A stretch of 63,602 bases of DNA, counting the filler, from Bigelowiella natans CCMP2755 (Eukaryota > Protista > Cercozoa): NCBI GenBank assembly GCA_000320545.1. It is 6 parts of 6 records of this genome, joined end to end, with 100 filler letters (N's around TTAATTAATTAA, not from the genome) between each part and the next. Parts side by side here need not be neighbours in the genome. Positions count along the whole stretch, not along the records: positions 1 to 31,373 come from ADNK01000788.1; 5 more parts are not named here. One strand, given 5' to 3'. Below are positions 14,369 to 25,266 of the stretch, one piece after another (the stretch's first letter is position 1; each line of letters begins with the position of its first letter). The notes beneath the pieces were generated by a model. That model was not told the DNA's origin, ran no database searches, and saw nothing but the letters and a program-made list of their open reading frames with translations. The position numbers and the translations under genes are program-made.

Positions 14369-14819
14369 TAACAACTCTAATGGTAGGATCCGAGTACCCA
14401 AAGTCCACGAAAGCCCCAAACGATTTGACCGACATGACGATGCCGTCGTATATCCCCCCCACTTTTGGATCCCCCTCCAATTCGTCGACCATGGCCTGGC
14501 TGCTGCTCTTGCCCCCAGGGTTCTGCGTCAGAGCCAACAGAGAACCCGTTAGATGACACATTTGATCACAGCAATCAGTGTAAACATGAGCCAGGCTCGC
14601 TACCTTGGAAGCCTCTTCCTTCGCCTGCATCGCCATGTTGGACTTAACGACGCTCGAGACAACCGCTCCAGCGAAGCGAGGGTTGGGCTGCCTCCGTTTC
14701 ATGTATTCCATGTAGCTGAGCGCTCCTCCGGTCTTGGCATACTCTTCCGCACGCGTGGCCTCCTCTATCAGTTGGGAGGCGGCGAGCTTGGTCAGCTCCT
14801 CATCCTCTGGTGTGCTCAT
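12323..14819 (-). CDS. S1 RNA-binding domain plus FHA domain protein with RS/acidic tail
   Basis: S1: VGGIYDGIVMSVKSFGAFVDFG, DGMVHVSKM, GDRVTVKVEK|VEPTGKTSLSM. FHA: PPDWAAEP...FGR...HPSISRQHA|VILHD...LMDLDSKHGTFL...FKLGASSREY. The 3' end is approximate. Confidence 0.8.
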
Positions 14820-15156
14820 GTTCGCAGGAGGGGGAAAGGGGGAATAATGCGCAATCTGCGGAGACAGAGAGGCGGGCGGTTGTGCGGTCGTTTCGCGTCA
14901 TTTTCCCTGTAAAACAGCTTGTCTTTTGGATAAAACGACATGGATTTTTGCCTTAAACCAATTTCCGAGAGAAGAAGTCCACCCTCGATGGTTGCGAAGG
15001 ATGTTGGTTGGTTCCGGCCTTCTCCTCTGGATATTTTTGGCTTGGAAAAGTGTCTAGTATCCGCATCGTGATTGCTGGTTGAAAATCCTGAAGATATAGT
15101 TGTCGCTCTCGGTAAATGGAGCTCAAAATGGGAATTACCCCGTATTTTTGTATCCG

Positions 15157-15800
15157 ATGATCGGACACGTTCCCACCCGAACTTCACAACTGGAGCGCCC
15201 CCCCGGGCCATCGATTTGCTCATCGTCCGCGCTCTCAGCAGACATCATGGGAACGAAGGTCGGGATCTTCGTCATTGGCGCTGCTGTGTTCGCTTCTTTG
15301 CTCCTTCCTTTGGCAGCAACGTCGTCACGTGCTCCGACGGTAATAATCAACCGACACAACCAAACTGCATCAGGTGTGTAAGGAGATGTTCTTGTTTTTG
15401 ACTCGTTTAGCGGCGGCAACGCTTGCAGGCCAGCCTATCGTTTCAGAGAGGTGAATCCTCATCGTTCGCCCCTCGACGAAGTAGTAGACGCCGATTTGTT
15501 CTCTCAGCCAAAAGAAGCAGCAGATCACCATTTGCAGCAGCAGCAGCAGCAGGAGCAGCAGCCTCCCACCAGCACCTTGTGGGTCTACCTCTTTCCGTCG
15601 CAGTCTCCCCCTCTCCCCTTCTTACGAGTACCACAGTCGTACCTTCGAGGAAAGACCATCGCTGCCCTGCTGCTAAGCGTAGGGGTAGCGTTACTGCGGT
15701 TGGCAGTCGCACCGATGCCGAGGGGATTATGTCTGGCATTAAAAGTGAAACGAACGATTGGCTCTGGAGGTAATGGGGGTAGTGTGCGAATATACGTGTG

Positions 15801-15843
<43 letters not shown>

Positions 15844-16771
15844 TGTCTGTCAATGGCTTCATATCTTATCCCGCCTCTTCGCCTCTTCGCCTCTTCTTCT
15901 TGATATATTATTACATCTTTTCAGGGGTTCGTATAGGATCTCGTGGTCTCTGCTCCGTCAAAACAGCCGTGCGGAAGAAAATAAAAAAGGAGAGGGGAAA
16001 AACGTGCTGTTCATTCATGGCTTCGGGGTCAGCTCGAAACAGTTTCGAGACAACCTGCCAGCTTTGGCCTCCAAAGGATACAACGTGTTCGCCATTGACT
16101 TGATCGGATTTGGGGACTCCTCAAAGCCTCAAATCGAGTACTCCACGAATCTCTGGGCAGATCTGGTACATCTATGCATGCCTGTTGTGGTCGTAGCAGA
16201 AGGGATATGACAGATATTAGAATGAGGCCGCGAATGCGATATGGTGGCGAGTATTCGTTCCGCCCATGATGATGATGATATGATGATGATGTGGATGATG
16301 ATGATGATAATTAGGTGAATGATTTTATTGCGGAAGTGATCGATGGGAAAGTATACCTCGTGGGCAATTCTATCGGTTCCCTGATCTCACTGGTTGCTGC
16401 TGAAAGCTATGCTGCCCCCACCACGTCGTCGTCTCCTTCTTCTTCCGGCGATAGGCGTGAGAACAGGATATCTGGAGTGATTCTCCTCAATTGCGCAAGT
16501 GGCATGAACAGCAAGGTAGACTGTGACTGTGGTGCTAGCTGTTAGCGATTGTTGATTCCAGCACGCGTATGGTAATTATGAAGCGATGGCGATGGCGATG
16601 GCACTTGTGTTTTTTTGAAGGACCCGGCCCCATTTACCTGCACTATATTCTGCAGTGTTCTAGATAGAGCAAAGCTGTTGTGGTAGGAGGTGGGCATATT
16701 GATTCACTGAGCGTACATTAGATCGAGAGCAATGAAGACATGGCTATCAACCCAGTTCTCTTCAATGTAAG

Positions 16772-16802
<31 letters not shown>

Positions 16803-17997
16803 GGGGGGATAAGGATCCATCGCTTCACTGTAGTTCTTCTTCTTCAGGTAGCAAAGCTGGTGTTTACGATTCTGGATTTAGTTCTATTGTCTCCACTAGG
16901 ACGATGGCTTTTTGACAGCTTAAGTTAGTAGTAAGTAGTAACAATGGTGATGATGATAATAGTAAAAAACGTAATGATAAGGTAGAGGGTTCATTGTGTG
17001 CTCGTCTCTCCCTCTCCCTCTCCACCTCTTTTTCTTTCTCTCTCTTTTTCTCTCTCACACACACACACACACACGCACGCACACACAATAGGACACGTAG
17101 TAGCATATTAGTGTTTGCTTTCTTGGAATCAGGAGGAGCAGACAACATCGCCGGGATCTTGCAAAATGTCTACAAGAATACGGAGAGAGTGGACTCAAAT
17201 CTCGTACAACCGGTAGGTAAATCAGGGAAGTGAGAAAAGAGGGGGGGGGGGGGGGGGGGATAGAGCGATGTGCATTAGGTGGACACTGTAAGTATATATG
17301 GCAGCGCATCTTTCAGCCAGCACAATCTGTACACTCGTCGCGCAACATAAACGCTCTCGCCATCGACTGAATTGTCAATCCGGATGGTTAGATCTCGCAG
17401 GCAGCAGAGGACGCGGGGGCATTTGAGGCATTTGTTACCATCCTCACAGGGTAAGTAGCGGCCGTGGTTGTGTGTAGTGGAGGTACGTTAATACTGTGAC
17501 ATAATGGGCGACAGGTCTCCGGGAGTCCGGCCTGAGAAAGTGCTTCCCTCAGTCGACATCCCGGTGCTGATTTTGTGGGGAGAAGAGGACAATATCACAC
17601 CAATCGATGGACCGGTATGTGAGTATGCAGTAGAAATTAGGAGGTGAACATAGGAAGAGAGGGAAGAGGAAGAGAATGGCCAAGAAGGATTGTAAGCTAC
17701 ATGCTAGAGTGAGTGTAGTGGTTGCCTAGTGAGCGCAAATGACCACATGTTTCTTTTATCAAGGTTGGGAGTGCATTTCAAGTCATTGCCCAGGAGAGAA
17801 GTGACGTTCAATTTGTTCGCCTTCCAGAGGTACTTGCACAGATTTCATTGGCGTAGTTGAACCATTGTCCATGTTGGATGTTGACTTGATGCTGATCTCA
17901 TCAGCTCGGCCACCTGCCTCATGACGACGATCCGGACACGATCAACACAAAAATGATCTCGTGGCTTGAAGAGATTCACGCAAATGCACTGAGATGA
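15157..17997 (+). CDS. Alpha/beta hydrolase (pheophytinase-like family) with putative bipartite plastid-targeting leader
   Basis: VLFIHGFG, AIDLIGFGDS, nucleophile LVGNSIG, ILWGEEDNITP (Asp), GHLPHDD (His). The N-terminal hydrophobic segment is followed by a Ser/Arg-rich transit-like region. Start codon is 15157 or 15247. Confidence 0.85.
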
Positions 17998-19376
17998 CAA
18001 AAAACTGCATCTACATCGCTGCATTGCCATGCTTTGTATCGATGCGATGTTCTTGCGCTAGAAGTTTGAAGAATCATTGTAACAATTCGTTCGCGTGAAT
18101 CAAATGTGACATGTCAAGCCCGCTAGCCCGCTAAAGTCTGACTATGTCTGTCACCACTGCTGCACCATTGCTCTGGTGATCACAACACGACCGTGCTAGC
18201 GTGACTGGTGCTCTCCTTTGTGACAGCTGGTGGAATCGGACGGATCGAAACTTTCCAAGGCAAGTGGTCCTTCTTCCTGCTAGACAGCAGATGGCAGCGT
18301 CGCATTGACGATGCATCAGCATGCAGCGATGGCGGAGACTGCCAAAGGTCACAGAAGACGCTTTCCAAAATTCCATCATCAAGAGCTGGAGCATGTATGC
18401 TGGCATGGGTGAAAAAGCAACTGCAAGTGCTGTGCGTTGGTGCGCACTGCTGCAGTGCACACGTGCTGAATCCATTCTAGCATTCCCGCATTGACAGCAC
18501 ACATGGATGGCTAGAAGCATCATTCTAGTTATTGCTTCCCACAAACTGGCATGATGCGCACACTTCCAGGCATGCGCACACACGCACATGTGCCTACAGA
18601 AGACTGCGCCATTCGATGAGTTGGATGACAATAATGGATGCAGTTCACATGACGTGCAACTAGTCCAGATGTGCATGTTGCAAAACGTCACATCATGCAT
18701 TCAGTGACACGATGTCAATCACAAAACCACTAATGAACCGTGGGGAAAGCGAAAGAACTGATGCATGAATTAGGTGCACAAGCTAAGAGACTAAGTATGT
18801 GCATGTGTGCGTGTCTCTTGGTGCATCTTGCCCCGCCGTTGGCATGCTTGCACTGCCGCACATTCTGCCATTGGCATTGTTAGCAAACCCACCACAGTGC
18901 ATGATGAAATCAGTCAACAGGCACATGCCAATGTTAAACAATTTGCACCGCTCGTGCCAACAGTGTTGTATTCGCTCACACTTGTCGGCACTCAAAGATC
19001 ATTGCACCACAGGTTGACCGAACTACAGGAGGGAGTCAGCTTCTTCTTGAAGGAGGGCAAGTCCAATCTCATCATCATACCTGTAACAAATGATGTTTCG
19101 ACAAAAGCCACAGTGTTCACTAGCTCATGGCACAAGTGTGTGTCCGTCGTGTGTGTGTGTGTGTGTGCGTGTGCGTGTGTGTGTGTGTGTGGAGAGACGT
19201 GCAATGAACCATGCTAGTTTGTCTGCAGTTTCAAAAACATTTTATAATTTTTCTTGCTCGAATGCGCAAACCGGCAGGATTCGGTTCACCTTGTGTTATT
19301 GTTGAGACTGTGCCCATTTCCTGTGTGATGAATGCAAAATGAAAAAATTCTTAGAATGCTGAGACACAATCAAATA

Positions 19377-22300
19377 TTACGAGAAGAGAATAACACCTGA
19401 GTATTCTCTTAGAATGTGCTCGAATGCCAGCTTTTGCAGACCCACTTTGCATTCTGCGACCACCTCATGAGCGATGTTGTTTCTTGAATTCAAATAGCTT
19501 CGGAGCTTCCTCGTAATTCTTCCATGCTTGGCAGCACGATATTGTTCTTCTGTTCCAAAGTAACCTCCACTATTTTTGTTGTTAGCACATTCTCTGACAT
19601 GTTCATGAGCGTCTTCACCACAATCAACCAAGTCCCAAGCGCAGAAACCACAACCACAATTGTCACACTTGACAGCAAAACAACCCGTGAAGCCCATGAA
19701 CCCAACCTGCATAAATGAATGTTTTATTTTTTCTGGAATATTCAACGCTGCCAAGTGAGATCAACGCGGGAGACAAAAGTGTTTCATTAAAAGTCTAGAA
19801 CCTTGCATCGTGGACATGAATCTAAAGCCTCGACACCCCAATAGTCCGGATGATCCACTGATTTTGTCTTGTCCCCTAGAAAGTAGGCAGTTGAGAATTC
19901 GTTAAACAAGCAAGGTCGGTTGGTATCTTTAAAGAGGCCAATTGGTATCTTTAAAATGGACATATCTAGACCTCCGAAGCTCAAGAGAATGTGCGTCTCA
20001 ATGTGAAGGCGAGCTTGGTACACCTCCCGCTTCTTTTTATCAAGCTTCTTGAATTTCTACAATACCAGATAATTCAAAATCATTCAGATTCGACTAAAAG
20101 ATAGAGGTAAGGTCTTTATTACCTCCAACTCCGTAGAAAGCTCATCTTTGTAGTTCTTCTCTAATTTCTTTGTCAATTTCATTTCAGCTAATTTTTTCTT
20201 TGTGTTAATATATGTCTGAAAGACTTCGGGGGTCGTATGAAGGGCCACCTCCAGATCTGAGTTTGATTGTGATTTAATCGTGTACCTTTTAATTTTTCAC
20301 TATCCAAATGCTGACACCAGCCAGAAACTCAAAGGAAATTACCTGTGAAAGGCTGACTGTTGCACCTTTTGTCCTTTCCATATGACAGAGGACACCTGTA
20401 TATGCATATACTTTTCACACTATGTGACGAACATTGGATTGCAAATTGCATTTTGGCGCACCCTACAAAGCCGTTACGCTCGACAAGTTTATAGGTCTCG
20501 CTGTCATTTGAGAATGCCCGGACAAAGTGATTGAAAGCTGATCAGAACGTAAAGATTTATTAGCATGACTGGAGCATTTCATTTTCTAACAATGAGAACC
20601 TTCATGGCAAGTGAAATGAGGGAGTCCATTTGCGTTCGAGCACATGATGCCCTCAGATAGGCTGTGCTGGGTGAAGGTAGATGAACATGTGCGTGTCGGC
20701 TCAACCCCTGCGTCACTGAAGACTCTATGCGTGAGTATCTGAGCAGCAGACGGCCTCCGTGCATCGTTGTGTCGACTGCGACTCCCCGATGAAGCTTTAA
20801 TAGGCTTTAGGAGAGCAACCAAGATTTGGGCCTGATCGGGCGTGATTAGTTTTTCCGAACGAGCTCTCTGAACATCCTTTACAGTCAAAAGCATTCTTGC
20901 CGAAAGAGCATAGCCCATTGTAATCGCAAATGAGTACATATCAGAGCTTGGCGACGGCGGCATCTTGCCATTTAACACTTGTGGGTCAATGTATCCATGA
21001 GTTCCGTACACCTTCGTAGTAGTATTGCCCAACGAGAACTCGTCATTTTTCTTCACTTTGCAAGTATCAAAGTCTGCAATCACCGCATACTCAGGATCAT
21101 CAACGGTTACTTTCTTCTTCTCATTGTTCTTACAGGAGCTAACAGGAGGTCCGATCAAGATGTTAGCAGGCTTGAGATCACGGTGCACAACACCAGCATG
21201 GTGTAGAAATTGTAGTCCTTCCAGTACCCCTTTTAACATCCTGATGCATTTTTGATGATATACTTCTTTAGGAGTCTTCCCATTTTGCGTATTCGGGCTG
21301 CTGCGTTTCGAGTCCAAGACAGCCTTGTGCTCTCTTTTGATCCAGCTTTGAAAGTCACTTTTGTAAAAAGGGATTTGTATGTACCACGAATCTTCATCCT
21401 TACAGATTCCAGTTAAAGGTACGATGTTGTGGTGATTCATTGACGCCATCACGTGACACGCGCGTCGCAACTGCTTGAGCTTTTCACCGCTGGCATGGAA
21501 CTGCTTGAGCACCACTTTAGTTTGTAAGGAGGTACCATTTTTTAGCCCCTTTTTCTCATTGATCTCTGTCTCACTGCGCCCCCACCTTTCCTGCTGAAGA
21601 ATCTTGATGATGTGGGTATTTGAATGTCCCTGTGCCTTGCACACTCGGATCACATCTATTTGACTTTTCTTATTGGCGAGACATTTTCTAATGATTGAGC
21701 GAAGTTCGCAGTTAGGCTTAGCAACCTTGGCCTCTTCGTTAGCAGCAGCATCAGCAGTAGCGCTCGCAACCGGCATCGTTGATGCAGTGGTGGCAACATA
21801 GAGATTTCTCTGAGAATGGCTGCCCTTAAGCGGCTGCAAGTTCTCATAGTGAAGTAACGATCTAATTTCTATTCCGTTGGCTGTCGTTCCGCTCAATGGG
21901 TTCATGTCGGGATACTTGAACAACAATTCTGGCAGATATTTTGACATTCTAAACAGCTGAGACCGCGCACGAAGCAGCTCTGGATTCTTTTGCATCTTTT
22001 TCATCTGTCCTTTAAGTTCCTTTACTTTGTCGTCTATGTCATCATCATTGAAATCCAAGTCCTCTAGAGACTTGTCCTGGCAAACCAAAGATTTGTTATT
22101 GTGTAAGTCCTTATATGCATCGGCAGAACGACAGCAAAAGAGAAAAGTAAACTCTGAAATTGAATATTCTTTCCTAACCTGGAGATCATCGATTTTGAAT
22201 CTTAACTCCTTCCTCTTTTTACGAAACAAACGAATCGAATCCTCATATCTTTTCGACCCCTCTTCCGCCTTTCTGAAATTTGCAATGTGCTGCTGAAGAC

Positions 22301-23480
22301 ATTGGATCTGATTCTTTGAATCACGCAAACTACGGAGGCCACTGATGCATGAGTTTTGGAACTCTTGTAATGCGAAAGAAATCTTAGTATGTATTTGGTT
22401 GGCTTCCCTTAGAATTGCTCCGAGGAAGGGATTCAGATCCCTTCTAAGCGATTCAATGGCGCGGAAAAATACTTTGCTAATTATCAATGCAGAGTAAAAT
22501 TAGGCGTGCTTCCAGATTACAAAGACTATGCTCCAATGTACCTTTTGTCAGCAACCTTCTCAGCTGCGGGTCGGCACTGAAGTGACGTAGAGGAGCCTTT
22601 ACCCTCTAAGCACCATGATATCTCCTGGAAATTAGGGTAGCTCAGGTCTAAAATTTTCCAGGAAGTTTTGCTTGCACGTACCTGATACAGATTTTGCTCT
22701 TGATTTCGGGCATTCCAGACGTCCACCCATGCCTTTTTAGAGGACTCAAAACTGCGTTCAACTGATTTTTGCAACTCCGTGACCGGAGACACGTTATCTA
22801 AATCAGGAGATAAGCTATTGCAAAATTTTCCTATGCCTTTAATGTATGCCATTACTGAGCTGTGTACGGTTGCAAGACTCCTTTCTATTTTGGCGTCTTT
22901 TTCCTTCAGTGCCTTTAGGTCAGCAATAGATTTGTCCAAGGCTACGAGGGATGCAGAAGCCTAGAAACAATGCAAGTTTGAAGGCATTTAAATGAAACAA
23001 CAAAAACAACCGCCAAAACCTTTTTATTGTTCTCTATATAAATGGTGGCTCGTTCCTTTATCAGTCTGGATATTTCTTTCTTGCAATTCTTCTTTGCTTC
23101 AGAATCCTTCGCAATTTTCAGATTTTTCAATTGTGAGGCAAGAGACTTGTTTGGAGCTGCCAGAACGTCGTAGACTTTCTCCACATCCATTGTCCGACGG
23201 GAACTTAGATTTCTAAAATTGTAGATATCAATGACGAAAATTTCTGGATAGTATTCACCCAACCTATTTTCTTGTATCAACTCGTTCACGGTATTGTTTA
23301 ATTGCGACAACTCGGAAAGTTTGGATACGACTCGGAACTTGAGAAGGAAAAAATGGTTCATCAGTTGGAGGTATGTTAAGATTTGGGTATACATATAGCT
23401 ACCTCTTGCTTCTCACAATGAAGATATGACATGAATTCTTCAGCAAAGGATGCAAGTTGAATGCCTGGACTAGATTCTAT
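19377..23480 (-). CDS. Coiled-coil plus Ser/Thr protein kinase plus RING/IBR (RBR-like) zinc-finger region; probably the 3' part of the ankyrin gene
   Basis: Kinase motifs VVLKQF, HHNIVPL, VVHRDLKPANIL, IADFD (DFG variant), YGTHGYIDPQ, SDMYSF. C-terminal Cys/His clusters include CPRCK and GFTGCFAVKCDNCGCGFCAWDLVDCGEDAHEHVREC. Short GT-AG introns are in phase. Confidence 0.8.
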
Positions 23481-23766
23481 CTAAACAATACAAACACCAA
23501 GTAACACGAAATAAACGAAGGAACTTAATCAGTCTTTTCGATTCGGAAACATATTATTAATGCAATGCTGTGTGATTTACGAGTGAATGTGGGAGTCTCG
23601 ATCAAAATTTATTATCCCCAAATTTATATGCATTTAAACAGCTACATTTGCGTATACGTGCAACTGCTCCGACGAGCAAAATAATCACTCTATAAAAAAT
23701 TCTTCAATACACTGTGTAGAGAGCATCTACCAAATTATGTTAAATTTAAACATCAAGTACGTGAAT

Positions 23767-23816
<50 letters not shown>

Positions 23817-23964
23817 TATAATAGTCGCATGCTGCTGGATGTAATGTAAAAATATAAACACAAATTGTTAATTATATCTCCCAAAAACATAGATGCGTAC
23901 CATTGAAGCATATGATATAAATCTCTATGTTGATTAAGATAAATGTATCACTCATACACAATAC

Positions 23965-24005
<41 letters not shown>

Positions 24006-24216
24006 TGTATTAATCTTACCATCGCACTGGCTTATTCAAAAGAAGCCACAAAAATTTGAAAAAATATATTCTAATAAAATATGAATTTTTGAAAATTCTG
24101 TTTCTAAAAAAAGCAGGATTTTTAGAAAAAACTTCTCTTCCCTTTTCAACCTCTGCTAATCTTAAATTATGGTTCTAACTAATTATGTTTTCTTAGGATT
24201 CGTCAAATACACATAA

Positions 24217-24247
<31 letters not shown>

Positions 24248-24659
24248 GTAAATATGTAATATACACAAAGTAGTATACATCGTTCCACTCCGAAGAGTAA
24301 TTCTCCTATCTTTATCATATACACGATGCGACCAGCTAATCTCATGCTAGGTATCTAAGAGATTTGGGACTCACATGCTACTGATAAAAGATTCAAAATA
24401 TAACAATACATATTGAATCTATATCTATCCGAACATTAGCATTGTAGGAATCATAGGTGCCGCATCATATTATCTTTATCTTTATCAAGACGAAAACATA
24501 ACTCAATAATCACACAAGACACAACGACAAATATAAACATATAAATATGTCAATAAATCAATAAATGAATGTGTGACTATAATATATATATATATATGTA
24601 TATATATATGATCGGTGCGACCGGTTGATTAAAATACACACACACACACACACACACAC

Positions 24660-24706
<47 letters not shown>

Positions 24707-24725
24707 AAAGCGATGCGAACCGTGC

Positions 24726-24770
<45 letters not shown>

Positions 24771-25132
24771 TATAATTTGTATTCGACACAAAATCTCTAC
24801 TCGCTTGCGTCATATTAGCTAGCTACTGCTGGCACTGGATGTTGGCGCTGCATCGTTTGATCATTAATGATAGGAGATTTACTACCCAGGGTAGATCGAT
24901 ATGTATACGTAAATATGTATTTGCATAAGTTATGCGGGTGTGAGTCTAAACAGAACAAATACGATGATTCAAATATAAATAACTTTGTGGAGCTCAGATA
25001 CATTAGGAGAAGGATATAGAGAAAGATAGTGCTGGTGTGTGTGTTTGTGTTTGTGTTTGTGCGGTTCTGAGAATAATAATGTGCTTATGAAACGGCTAGT
25101 TCTACGCCTTAAACCGTTCTATTCGGGCCTAC

Positions 25133-25184
25133 CTTCTTCTGTGCGCGTTTCAAGTCCTCTTGTCTAACGAATCACGATGCGATC

Positions 25185-25215
<31 letters not shown>

Positions 25216-25233
25216 TAATTATAAATAATATAT

Positions 25234-25266
<33 letters not shown>

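Noticed and set aside
18000-19370. CpG methylation-deamination as the cause of the TG/CA excess
   Set aside because: CG dinucleotides remain common while TA is the missing dinucleotide; CpG decay cannot remove TA.
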